In this document: piece by piece, positions 9,642 through 18,924 of the stretch | Numbering within the stretch: position 1 is the stretch's first letter | How the letters are laid out: the number at the start of each line of letters is the position of its first letter | Source of the DNA: an uncultured delta proteobacterium | GTDB taxonomy: Bacteria > Desulfobacterota > Binatia > UBA9968 | DNA: 64,000 nt | Assembly: GCA_963760795.1 (NCBI GenBank) | Contig: CAVXEP010000032.1 | Location: forward strand, 416,001-480,000 | Reading direction: 5' to 3' | The notes under the pieces: generated by a model | What the model was told of the DNA's origin: nothing | The model's database searches: none | Seen by the model: only the letters and a program-made list of their open reading frames with translations | Made by a program: the position numbers and the translations under genes

Positions 9642-9706
9642 CTCTAATCGTAGATTTTAGCGCCAACGCGCCCCAAGCAGCGCGCGTCTAAACCGGAACG
9701 TTAGCT
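9642..9706 (+). repeat. attC site
   Basis: CTCTAAT-cgtagattttagcgccaac-gcgc...gcgcgtctaaaccggaac-GTTAGCT. Confidence 0.75.
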
Positions 9707-9726
9707 GCTCCGGAAGGGAGGCCTCT

Positions 9727-10137
9727 ATGCCAACTACATCGAAAACGTCGCTGTGCGGCGCCGCAACTGTGTTTGTTGTGCGGGATGTGATCCGAAGTGT
9801 GGAACATTACCGCGAGGTACTCGGTTTCGATATCGAGTTTACATATGGCCAGCCGACGTTTTACGCTGGAGTCGAACGCGACGGCGTCGTCATTCATCTG
9901 CAAGCCGCGAGCGAAACCAAACGACAACCCGGCCAAGGCGCAGTAAACGTATTTGTGACTGACGTGGATGACTTTTATCGGGAGTTGAGATCTCGCGGCG
10001 CCGAAACATTGAACGAGCCCAAGGATTACCCCTATGGTATGCGTGACTTCGACGTCAACGACATCGACGGAAATCAACTGTGCTTCGGCATGGCAGTGGC
10101 GCAGCAGCTAACTCCAGGTGGGACAGACAAGCTATGA
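9727..10137 (+). CDS. VOC/bleomycin resistance family protein
   Basis: V.DV..S...Y..VLGF; PYGMRDF.V.D.DGN.L.FG. Confidence 0.9.
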   Translation: MPTTSKTSLCGAATVFVVRDVIRSVEHYREVLGFDIEFTYGQPTFYAGVERDGVVIHLQAASETKRQPGQGAVNVFVTDVDDFYRELRSRGAETLNEPKDYPYGMRDFDVNDIDGNQLCFGMAVAQQLTPGGTDKL

Positions 10138-10271
10138 GCCGCCATGGCTCGTTGTCCTAGAGTCGGCCTGCGGATCATATTGAACCAGCAACGTATGATC
10201 GCAAAATAGCGTTAATCCAAATGCTTAAAATGATTTTTCCCAGGTAAAACTTACGATTTAAGAGTCAAGCG

Positions 10272-10360
10272 ATGCCGCGCGCCGATCGCCATTTTCTGCC
10301 CGGTTACATTTGGCCCATCACCGCTGTCATCAAAAGTCTCTGTTGAAGTTTGCCCGTGAG
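10272..10360 (+). mobile_element. N-terminal remnant of Y1/REP-associated tyrosine transposase (RAYT-like)
   Basis: MPRADRHFLPGYIWPIT then shifted RCHQKSLLKFAR; resembles MPR.NR.F.PG.IWHITHRCH...LLKF. Confidence 0.6.
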
Positions 10361-10399
10361 CTTGGGCGTTAGGCCGTGCAGTTTTGAAAGGAAGCCGAC

Positions 10400-10786
10400 A
10401 TGAAGCGCGTTATCAAGACAACCCACGCTGCCGCGATGTACAACCCGGTCTCACAAGCGACTGTTGCGCCCAACGGAATGTTGTACACGCCCGGTATGGT
10501 CGGACGGTCGCCAGAAAGTGGCGACATGCTGCAAACCTTTGACGAGCAGGCCCATCAGGCTCTGCGAAATCTAGGAGCTCTGCTAAAGGAAGAGGGGGGC
10601 GACTACCGCGATGTCATGTTCGTGCAGCTCTATTTGCTCGACATGGCAAAGATCGAGCAGTTCAACGAGATCTTCAAGAGCTACTTCCCCACCGAACCTC
10701 CGGCGCGCGCGGTGTGTCAACCACTGAAACTCTATCCGGGCACGCAGGTCATGTTTGCCGCGGTCGCCTGTGTGGCCACATCCTAA
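10400..10786 (+). CDS. RidA/YjgF family protein
   Basis: SQA.V..G.LY..G, Q..QAL.NL, FN...YF...PPAR; preceded by GTTAGGC 10368. Confidence 0.88.
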   Translation: MKRVIKTTHAAAMYNPVSQATVAPNGMLYTPGMVGRSPESGDMLQTFDEQAHQALRNLGALLKEEGGDYRDVMFVQLYLLDMAKIEQFNEIFKSYFPTEPPARAVCQPLKLYPGTQVMFAAVACVATS

Positions 10787-10815
10787 CCCTAGCCGCTGAA
10801 TTCAAAAATTAGCGG
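10781..10815 (+). repeat. internally deleted attC-like site
   Basis: TCCTAAC joined almost directly to gccgctgaattcaaaa-ATTAGCG. Confidence 0.45.
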
Positions 10816-10831
10816 ACAAGTAGGAGGAACT

Positions 10832-11143
10832 ATGCTCGAACTCAGACCGACCTGTGAGCATTGCAACAAGGCATTGCCGCCGAACTCGCTCGAGGCACGC
10901 GTCTGTAGCTATGAATGCACCTTCTGTGTCACTTGTGTAGATAGCATTTTGAGTAACAATATTTGTCCGAATTGCGGTGGTGGTTTTGTCCCGAGACCGA
11001 TCAGGCCGGCGATAAACTGGAAAGACGACAACTATCTTGGCAAGGACCCGGCAAGCACGAAAGTCAAACATCGGCCGGTGGATCTGGAAGCCTATGCAAA
11101 ACTTGTGGCGGCAATCGGCAGCTTGCCTGCGGAAAAGCGATAA
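10832..11143 (+). CDS. DUF1272 family protein
   Basis: MLELRP.CE.C...CSYECTFC..C...CPNCGG. Confidence 0.92.
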   Translation: MLELRPTCEHCNKALPPNSLEARVCSYECTFCVTCVDSILSNNICPNCGGGFVPRPIRPAINWKDDNYLGKDPASTKVKHRPVDLEAYAKLVAAIGSLPAEKR

Positions 11144-11215
11144 CGCATTTTGAGCGAACGGCCACAGCAGTGTTGCCCTAACCTAAACCGCCTGCTCTTT
11201 TTGGCGTCATTGATT

Positions 11216-11464
11216 ATGGCTGCGAGAACCTCTGCAGCTAAACCGCATACCGTGCACCACCGGGACGGAAGTGTTTGGACAAAGGGGCAAACGATCGACG
11301 GGGTGCCAACGGGGTATTGGGAGTGGTTTCGCAAGGATGGAACACAGCTGCGTTCCGGCAACTTTGAAAAAGGGCAGCAAGTCGGACAGTGGACTACCTA
11401 CGACCGGAAAGGCCAGGTCTACAAAGTGACAACCATCAGGCCCAAGCTAGCGCGTCGCCGATAA
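11216..11464 (+). CDS. small MORN-variant repeat (YwqK-like) protein
   Basis: G...DG...GYWEWFRKDGT..RSG.F..G.QVG.WTTYD..G. Confidence 0.78.
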   Translation: MAARTSAAKPHTVHHRDGSVWTKGQTIDGVPTGYWEWFRKDGTQLRSGNFEKGQQVGQWTTYDRKGQVYKVTTIRPKLARRR

Positions 11465-11638
11465 TGCTTTTTCGGCGTAAAAACGTGTCAATCGGGGAAG
11501 GCTTACGCCATGCGTTCAAAAGCCAACAAACATCGATGAGTGACTGGCATTCTCATCAAGAAGATCCGCAGGCGCTTGAGAGTCTGCACAAGACGACCCA
11601 GCTGCGCGAACGATCCTAATTTACTTGAAGAGGAAGTC

Positions 11639-12283
11639 ATGGCCAAACTGCGCTTTAAAATCTCAATGTCGCTCGACGGTTTTGTTGCCGGTCCGAGCCA
11701 GAGCGTGGAGAACCCGCTCGGAATCGGCGGCGGGCGTCTGCACGAGTGGGTCTTTCAGCTTGCGGTGTTTCGCGAGCTGCTTAGCCTCGAAGGCGGGGAG
11801 GTTAACGAAAGCACCGCGGTCGTCGAAGAATCCCTCGCCAACATCGGCGCCACGGTGATGGGGCGCAACATGTTTGGCGGGCATCCCGGCCCTTGGGATG
11901 CCACAAGTCCATGGAACGGCTGGTGGGGAATTAATCCGCCTTTCCATCACCCAGTATTTGTGCTTACGCATCACGCCCGTGAACCACTCGAACTTGAAGG
12001 AGGGACGACCTTCACGTTTGTCACCAGCGGCATTGAGACAGCGCTTGAACTGGCGCTGCGCGCCGCCGGCGGTCAAGACGTATCTCTCGGCGGCGGCGCA
12101 AGTGCCGCACAGCAGTATCTCGCTGCCGGCCTAGTGGACGAGATGGAGATCAATCTCGTGCCGACGCTCCTCGGCAGCGGGGAGCGGTTGTTCGATGGTG
12201 TCGGCGACAACCGGCACGGACTCGATCTGGTGCGGACCGTCGCCGCGCCAAGGGTGACCCACCTCAAGTTCGCCAAGCGCTGA
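11639..12283 (+). CDS. dihydrofolate reductase-like (RibD C-terminal) protein
   Basis: ISMSLDGFVAGP, MGRNMF, GLVDE, P.LLG.G.RLF. Confidence 0.9.
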   Translation: MAKLRFKISMSLDGFVAGPSQSVENPLGIGGGRLHEWVFQLAVFRELLSLEGGEVNESTAVVEESLANIGATVMGRNMFGGHPGPWDATSPWNGWWGINPPFHHPVFVLTHHAREPLELEGGTTFTFVTSGIETALELALRAAGGQDVSLGGGASAAQQYLAAGLVDEMEINLVPTLLGSGERLFDGVGDNRHGLDLVRTVAAPRVTHLKFAKR

Positions 12284-12339
12284 GAAAACTTAGGCTGCGC
12301 TTGGAATGTTCGTTAATCCAAATACGAAGGAGTAAGACA

Positions 12340-12711
12340 ATGGCAAATAATCCAGTCGGCTGGTTTGAAATCTATGTGCAAGACATGGATCGTGCGAAGC
12401 AGTTTTACCAATCGGTCTTCCAGCTTAAGTTGGAGCGGCTCAACAGCCCAGGCCTGGAAATGTGGAGCTTCCCGATGGCTATGGATAACACGGGCGCCTC
12501 TGGTGCCTTAGTCAAAATGGACGGTTTCCCGTCCGGCGGCAATAGCACTCTGGTTTACTTCACTTGCACGGATTGCGCCGTGGAAGCGGGGCGGGTCACG
12601 GCGTCCGGCGGTCGTATGCAACGAGAAAAGATGTCCATTGGCCAGTACGGCTTCATTGCCTTGGCCTTCGACACGGAAGGCAATATGTTTGGTTTGCACT
12701 CAATGCAATAG
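12340..12711 (+). CDS. VOC family protein
   Basis: NPVGWFEIYV.D..RA..FY; DTEGN.FGLHS. Confidence 0.9.
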   Translation: MANNPVGWFEIYVQDMDRAKQFYQSVFQLKLERLNSPGLEMWSFPMAMDNTGASGALVKMDGFPSGGNSTLVYFTCTDCAVEAGRVTASGGRMQREKMSIGQYGFIALAFDTEGNMFGLHSMQ

Positions 12712-12736
12712 CTGCCATCAACAACCAGGAGGCTTT

Positions 12737-13219
12737 ATGCCAAATGCCCAGTCCCCAACCGCAATCGTTGCCTCGGACGCGGCACCGCGAGCCAAGCCGA
12801 CAAATTATCCAGAGCCATTTGCCTCCCGCATGGCAGGGCGAGAAAAGCGTCCGCTGGGCGACCTGTTCGGCCTGGCGAATTTCGGTGTCAATCTAACGCG
12901 CCTTCGTCCGGGCGGCGCCTCTGCGCTGCGCCATGCCCACTCAAAGCAAGATGAATTCGTCTACATCTTGGCGGGGCACCCGGTACTCATCACGGATGAC
13001 GGCGAGACGCCGCTTGCGCCAGGAATGTGCGCGGGTTTCAAAGCCGGTACGGGCAACGGTCATCATCTGGTCAATCGAGCGGGCGAAGACGTTGTTTATC
13101 TCGAAGTCGGCGACCGGAGCGCCGGCGATGCCGGGACTTATCCAGACGACGACTTACAAGCTGTGTTGGACAAGGACGGGAAATGGCGGTTCTTACATAA
13201 GAATGGCGCGCCCTATTGA
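12737..13219 (+). CDS. cupin domain protein
   Basis: SALRHAHSKQDEFVYIL.G, GHHLVN, YPDDDL. Confidence 0.9.
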   Translation: MPNAQSPTAIVASDAAPRAKPTNYPEPFASRMAGREKRPLGDLFGLANFGVNLTRLRPGGASALRHAHSKQDEFVYILAGHPVLITDDGETPLAPGMCAGFKAGTGNGHHLVNRAGEDVVYLEVGDRSAGDAGTYPDDDLQAVLDKDGKWRFLHKNGAPY

Positions 13220-13382
13220 AACGCGGGCGCTGGACGGTGGCGCGGCGGCGCGCCAGGCTGGCCTGGCTTGCGCGGCACGCTACGCATCGAAGCCCGATCG
13301 TGGCGCTGAGCAGCCGAAGAGTTGAGCCGTTTTTGTTCGCAGTCATGGCGCCATTTTTCATGATGCAGTGGTACGCAACGGG

Positions 13383-13447
13383 GCCTAACAAATGATTCAA
13401 CTCGGACAGTCTTTTCCGCTGGCGCGCCGGTTAAGCTCACGTTGAGG
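13383..13447 (+). repeat. attC site
   Basis: GCCTAAC-aaatgattcaactcggac...gccggttaagctcac-GTTGAGG; 65 bp. Confidence 0.78.
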
Positions 13448-13472
13448 CAGCGAGTTAGGTAAGGGGTGTCCC

Positions 13473-14423
13473 ATGCGGAGGTTTTTTGCAGTTTTCCTGG
13501 CGATTTTTATTTTTCGGTCCGTGGCCCCTGCGGCAGATAAGATTAGGATTGGTTTTGCTCCTGGAGCCAGTTCTACCCCTTTCCCTCTGGCGCAGAAGAA
13601 AGGATTCTTGAAAGAGGAGGGATTTGAAGCCGAGATCATTCGCATGTCCAGCACTGTAGCAGTGGCGGCGCTGACCAGCGGAGAAGCCGATTATATTACC
13701 GGCATCAGTGCTATACGGGGAGCGATTCAAGGGCTACCGCTTAAAGTCGTTGCCTCCTATATACAAGGCAGCTCGCAGACGCTCGTGGCCCGTGCTGACA
13801 TCAAAACCGTTAGAGAGCTTAAGGGAAAAACAATTGTGATCGGGACTCCTGGGGGCAGTCCTGATCGCCATGCGCGATTGATGGTCAAGCATTTTGGCCT
13901 AGAGCCGGAGAAAGATGTAAAGTTCGCTTCGGGAGGCCTTACCGAAGGCCGTCTTGCCCGTCTGCAGCAGGGGTTAATCGACGCAACGGTAGTTCCGGTC
14001 CCCCTGGATCTTCAAGCAAGAAAGTTGGGATTGAATGTCCTCGCGCGAGCCTATGAGATATTCACCTATCCCGAGGGTGGTCTGATAACGACGACAACGA
14101 AAATCAGAGGGAAGCCCGACGAAGTCAAGCGAGTTATCAGAGCAGGTATTAAGGCCAGCCGTTATATCAGGACAAATCGCGACGGAACGATTCAGTTTCT
14201 GATGGAGTGGCAGAGGACCGATCGAGAGATAGCCACAGGAACTTACGAATATTTATCGAAAGCCACTAATGACAGTGGCAGCCTGTCGGAAAACGGTTTT
14301 CGACTGATAATCGAGGAGATTAAAGAGCTAGCTAGGGTAAGCCGCGAGGTTGCATTAAGCGAAGTTGCCGATCTTTCGATACTCAGAGAGGCACAGAAGG
14401 AGCTTGGGATTAAAGGAAATTAA
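13473..14423 (+). CDS. NitT/TauT-family ABC substrate-binding protein
   Basis: Signal peptide, A.KKGF..EEG, AL.SGE.DY, ELKGKTI, G.IDAT. Confidence 0.88.
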   Translation: MRRFFAVFLAIFIFRSVAPAADKIRIGFAPGASSTPFPLAQKKGFLKEEGFEAEIIRMSSTVAVAALTSGEADYITGISAIRGAIQGLPLKVVASYIQGSSQTLVARADIKTVRELKGKTIVIGTPGGSPDRHARLMVKHFGLEPEKDVKFASGGLTEGRLARLQQGLIDATVVPVPLDLQARKLGLNVLARAYEIFTYPEGGLITTTTKIRGKPDEVKRVIRAGIKASRYIRTNRDGTIQFLMEWQRTDREIATGTYEYLSKATNDSGSLSENGFRLIIEEIKELARVSREVALSEVADLSILREAQKELGIKGN

Positions 14424-14467
14424 GTCTTTTTAAGCTTGTGCGGGCGCTGTCTGAACGTCGTCACATT

Positions 14468-14527
14468 GTCTAACCATCGGTTTGTCAAGGACGCGACGGA
14501 CCGCGCCTCTTACCCAAACCGTTAGCG
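14468..14527 (+). repeat. attC site
   Basis: GTCTAAC-catcggtttgtcaaggac-gcg...cgcgc-ctcttacccaaacc-GTTAGCG; 60 bp. Confidence 0.75.
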
Positions 14528-14657
14528 CAGCGCCGAAACGGATGACGACAGAACAGCACAACAGAAAACACCAAGCTATGACTCTGAGCGCGTTCCAGGA
14601 AAAGATTCGCGCCGCCCTGACTGTCGAGGCGGCGAAACGAAAGGGTTTCGCTTCCCA

Positions 14658-15806
14658 ATGAGCGTGCCTTTAGAAACCCAAACTCCGCCGCTCGCTGCCA
14701 ACTGCGCCGTCTGCGGCATTCCACTCTTGGGCTTGGCCGCCGTTTTCTTGAGGTGGCGAGGCATTCGCCGGAGCCCGCGCAACCCGAATTGCTGCACACA
14801 GTGCGGCGCCCACCTGGAGGAGGGCCGCCTCGTGGAGATGACGGTGGTCTTCGCCGATATCTCCTCTTTCACAGAGATGACGGGCCGTCTGGGGGCAAAC
14901 GCCACTTACTCAGTGGTCGATGAGTTTCTGCGCCTGGCTTCGACAACACTGATGAGCCACGGGGCCTTCATCGACAAATACATCGGCGATGCGGTGATGG
15001 CCTTCTTCAACGTTCCGATAAAACGCGCCGACCATGCGGCGGCCGCGGTGGCAGCTGCGGCCAAGCTCCAAGCTCTCCTTCCCGGACTTTCCGAACGTCT
15101 GGGCGTGCCCCTGCGGGCGTCGATCGGCATAGCCTCGGGCTTTGCCCGCGTCGGACGTCTGGGCTCAGACGACATCAAGGATTACACGGCCATCGGTGAT
15201 GCCGTTAACCAGGCGGCGCGCCTGCAGGCGCAAGCCCGGGCCACCGAAATCGTCGTGTCGCAGGACGTTTATCAAGAGGTCGCCTCGGCCTATCCCGGCG
15301 TCCCAGCCGAGTCGTTCGCCCTCAAGGGATTCCCGCAGCGCAGCGTGGCCTACCGTTTGAACGGCAAGCCGGAGGGGCCGCTCTCCGCTGCCTGGTCGCA
15401 GCTTGAAGATCGGCCGGCGATGAACTGGAGCGCGATGACGCTCGCCTTACTCGGCAGCGGCTGCCTTGGCAGTAATCTTGCCGCCGCGCTGGTGCTGGCC
15501 TTCGGCGGCGGTGCGGCGGGGGCGCTTCTTGCGCTCGCGACCTGGTTCGACAAGGGCCCCGCCCGCGTGCCCCTCCTTATGGCGTCGACCCTGATTGCTT
15601 CAATCGTGCTGGTCTCGCTCGAGCGTCAACGCCGCATGCGCCGCGACTGCATAGCCCGACGCTCCTGTCTGGAGATGACGGCCCAGGAAAGGCGCCAGGT
15701 TCGGCTTGCGGCCGGCTTGGCAGCGGCGTCCGTGGCGCTCATCGCGTTAGAACTTTTGATGCACTACGTGATCGGCCATCCGCTCGTTCGCCGGCCTACC
15801 TTATGA
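14658..15806 (+). CDS. class III adenylate/guanylate cyclase with N-terminal Cys cluster and C-terminal TM helices
   Basis: VVFADISSFT, DKYIGDAVMA, YTAIGDAVNQAARLQ; CxxC...CCxxC. Confidence 0.9.
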   Translation: MSVPLETQTPPLAANCAVCGIPLLGLAAVFLRWRGIRRSPRNPNCCTQCGAHLEEGRLVEMTVVFADISSFTEMTGRLGANATYSVVDEFLRLASTTLMSHGAFIDKYIGDAVMAFFNVPIKRADHAAAAVAAAAKLQALLPGLSERLGVPLRASIGIASGFARVGRLGSDDIKDYTAIGDAVNQAARLQAQARATEIVVSQDVYQEVASAYPGVPAESFALKGFPQRSVAYRLNGKPEGPLSAAWSQLEDRPAMNWSAMTLALLGSGCLGSNLAAALVLAFGGGAAGALLALATWFDKGPARVPLLMASTLIASIVLVSLERQRRMRRDCIARRSCLEMTAQERRQVRLAAGLAAASVALIALELLMHYVIGHPLVRRPTL

Positions 15807-15969
15807 AAAGTTTGAATTTCCTGTCGCCCGAAAACATCGGCGTACTTGAAGAGACCACGGTTTCAGAGGGACAGCGTGTGTGCTTCGACGACGGACCGGA
15901 TAGAGTCAGGTTGAGTTTATTGAGATGAAGTCGTAAGGCTAAAAACCACTTAACCAGAAGAGGAAAACC

Positions 15970-17271
15970 ATGACGCAATTAAGTCCATTACGGGTGGGTC
16001 TCATCGGCGCAGGCGGCAGATGGGGGCCGCGCGCGCATGTGCCGGCGCTGAAGGGTGTGTCCGAGGCCGAGCTCTATGCCGTGTGCACGGCCCATGCGGA
16101 AACCGCCCAGGCAGCGGCCGATAAGTTCGGCGTGACACGCGCCTACGGCAGCGACAGTGCTTTACACGCCGACCCGCAGGTCGAAGCCGTGGCGGTGGCG
16201 GTGCGCGTGCCGGCGCACTATGGGCTTAGCAAAAACGCCCTCGAAGCGGGCAAGCATGTCTTCTGCGAATGGCCCCTCGGCGCGAATACCAAAGAGGCCG
16301 AAGAGCTCGCAGCGTTGGCGCGCCAGAAAAACCTCCGCACCATGGTCGGCTTGCAGCGCCGGGCGTCGCCCGCTTATCTGTACATGCGCGAGCTCATCCA
16401 GCAAGGTTACGTCGGCCAGGTGCTATCGGTGAACATGATGCTGATCAACAGCGGCGTGTTGACCCGTCCCTCGGATCGGACCTGGCAGCGCGATGTGACG
16501 CTGGGCGCGAACACGCTGACGATTACCTTCGGCCATGTGCTTGACGCCATGTGCATGGTGGTCGGCGAGATCACCGAACTGTCCGCCATCGTCGGCACCC
16601 AGGTGCCGCAGTGGTTCGAGACCGACACGAAGAAATACGTCGACGTCACCTCACCCGATAACATTGTGGTTCAGGGCCGGCTCGAAAACGGTGCCATCGT
16701 CAATGCCTGCTGCGGCGTGCAGCCGTACCACGGCAGCGGCCACCGCTTGGAGATTTACGGCAGGGACGGCATGCTGGCGATGATCGGCGGCGGTGAGGGC
16801 GGCGAGGAGCGCCGGCGCAAGCTCATGGGCGGACACAAAGACGACAAGGCGCCGCAGGAGTTGCCAGTGCCGGAGCGCTTCACCTGGGTGCCGGAAGCCG
16901 TGCGCGACGGCGGTCCGGCGTACGATGTGGGCCAGATGTGGGTCAAGTTTGCCGAAGCGATCCGCACCGGCTCGAACATCGGGTCTGACTTCGATCACGC
17001 GGTGCGCCGCCACCGAATGTTGGACACCATCGTGCGCGCTTCACAGACCGGGCAACGGCAGAAAGTTGAGTTGGATCATGGCCGGATAAGCCGGACAGAA
17101 GATTCTGCCGCCAGGCGCAGTCGCCAGTCAGAGTTTGTCATCGACCAGGGAGAACTTGATCTCGCTTGCTCGGCTACTATGACAGAACTGATTGCTCGCA
17201 GGCTATGCTGCGCGAGAGGCAAGCGCAATGAACGCCGCCAACGGGCAATTGAAAAGATAAAAAACCCATGA
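15970..17271 (+). CDS. Gfo/Idh/MocA oxidoreductase (C-terminal ~65 aa probably an indel artefact)
   Basis: VGLIGAG, AGKHVFCEWPL, GH.LD. Confidence 0.9.
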   Translation: MTQLSPLRVGLIGAGGRWGPRAHVPALKGVSEAELYAVCTAHAETAQAAADKFGVTRAYGSDSALHADPQVEAVAVAVRVPAHYGLSKNALEAGKHVFCEWPLGANTKEAEELAALARQKNLRTMVGLQRRASPAYLYMRELIQQGYVGQVLSVNMMLINSGVLTRPSDRTWQRDVTLGANTLTITFGHVLDAMCMVVGEITELSAIVGTQVPQWFETDTKKYVDVTSPDNIVVQGRLENGAIVNACCGVQPYHGSGHRLEIYGRDGMLAMIGGGEGGEERRRKLMGGHKDDKAPQELPVPERFTWVPEAVRDGGPAYDVGQMWVKFAEAIRTGSNIGSDFDHAVRRHRMLDTIVRASQTGQRQKVELDHGRISRTEDSAARRSRQSEFVIDQGELDLACSATMTELIARRLCCARGKRNERRQRAIEKIKNP

Positions 17272-17991
17272 CGACTACGACCCATGAGATTAAGGTGATG
17301 ACCTCGGGGGCTTTTACCGCGGCGTATCTTGAGCTCATTCCCCAACTCGAAGCGTTGACGCAGAAAAAAATCGTTACCGCGGCAACCTCCATCGGCACGG
17401 GAGAGAGTTCTATCCCTAAGCCGGCTTAAGCGCGGCGAGGCCGTCGACGTTATCATCGTCGCGGACGGCGTGCTGACGGGATTCATCAAGGACGGTTTGG
17501 TTTTGCCTGAAAGCTATACGCCGCTGGTACGCTCCGCCATCGGCATGGCCGTGCGCGCCGGAGCCGCCAAGCCGGACATTGGCTCCGTCGACGCCTTGAA
17601 GCGCACGCTTTTGCAAGCAAAGTCTATCGCATATTCGGCCAGCGTAAGCGGCGAATATTTGACCAAGGAGCTTTATCAGCGCTTGGGCATCGTCGACCAA
17701 GTGATGAGTAAGAGCCGGCTCATCGGCGGCGGTGAGCGCGTCGGCGCGGTGATCGCGCGCGGTGAGGCGGAGATCGGTTTCCAGCAGATGAGTGAGCTGA
17801 TGCCGGTGGCTGGCATAGCGCATGTGACGCCGCTGCCGGCGGAAGTGCAGAAGGTTTCGGTGTTCTCGGCCGGCATCGCTAAAAGCACGACAGATGCGGC
17901 CACGGCTCGGGCGGTGATTAAATTCCTCGCGTCGCCTGAGGCGGCCAGCGCCATCACAAAGAGCGGCTTGGAGCCGATTGCAAAGCCTTGA
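17268..17991 (+). CDS. ModA-like substrate-binding protein, frameshifted near 17415
   Basis: MTTTTHEIKVMTSGAF... joins ORF 17470-17991 (SIAYSAS.SG.Y, GFQQ.SEL). Confidence 0.78.
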
Positions 17992-18074
17992 TGTCGAGCC
18001 GCAATGGCCGGTTACGTGTTAGTGGGCTTCGTTAGCGGCACGAACCAGACCCTATCCGCTTTGCCTGACCGTCA

Positions 18075-18560
18075 TTAATGCGCGCTTGCCGGCGCCCGGC
18101 CGCTGGCTACTTCAACAATTTCACTTAAACTCTTGTCCAAATCGAGTGGGCGATTTTCCCGCGCGGCGTCGCGCTCGGCAACCAGGGCGTAGACTTCGAG
18201 GCGATTGCCTTCGGGGTCGAGGAAGTAGCAGGAGACCGTGTTGCCCATCTCGGCGTAGGCATGGCTGACGCAATGGTCGATGGGAACGCCGTGGGCTTTG
18301 AAGCGTTCGTAGAACTCTTTGATCTCCGCCGGAGTTTCGACTTTCCAGGCGATATGGGCGATCAGCTTGGCGTCGCCTTCGCGACCCTTGACCAGGGCAA
18401 GTTGGTGGTCATCGAGTTCCGGATCGGGAGTTAAAAACACCATGCGGTTGGCGTTCTCGCGGTATTTAACCAAGCCCAACATGTTGGTGTAGAAGTCGAC
18501 CATCTTGTCGAGGTCGTTAACATAAAGCACGATATGGCTGATGCTGGTGATCTTCGGCAT
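18075..18560 (-). CDS. VOC family protein (extradiol dioxygenase-like domain)
   Basis: SHIVLYV.DL...FY..LGL; YFLDPEGNRLE. Confidence 0.88.
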   Translation of the reverse strand: MPKITSISHIVLYVNDLDKMVDFYTNMLGLVKYRENANRMVFLTPDPELDDHQLALVKGREGDAKLIAHIAWKVETPAEIKEFYERFKAHGVPIDHCVSHAYAEMGNTVSCYFLDPEGNRLEVYALVAERDAARENRPLDLDKSLSEIVEVASGRAPASAH

Positions 18561-18924
18561 AGGAACCTCCTTGGTTTACAGCGCGATTGGTTTTGTCACT
18601 GCTCTGGCTTCGCTAGGGACAGTATCCAACCCGGTCCGCCGATGTCAACTTAAACTATCGCTATGCTCGACAGCCGGACGGCATGTCATTAGGATACCCC
18701 GATCATCTATGACGAAACCACGATCGATCTTTGCATCTCAATGCCCATCCGGATCTCAAGAACGAGATCATCCAGGCAGCTCAGGAGCCACCGGCCGGGG
18801 TGAACTATTTTTCCGTTGCGCGACCTTTGCTGTGGCGTGATACGCTGAATAAATTTTTAATGGCTAAACGGCTATTTCATTGACCGTTCACAGCGAAACC
18901 TCGTATATAGGCGCAGATTGACCG

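Larger units (their letters stand above)
1387..15806 (+). mobile_element. integron-type gene cassette array lacking an integrase (CALIN-like), partly degenerate
   Basis: About 19 short co-oriented unrelated ORFs separated by RYYYAAC...GTTRRRY imperfect palindromes; several cassettes have complementary ends; no intI in window. Confidence 0.8.

Noticed and set aside
11639-12283. Trimethoprim resistance gene (dfr)
   Set aside because: RibD C-terminal/DHFR-like family of about 215 aa, not recognisably DfrA or DfrB.
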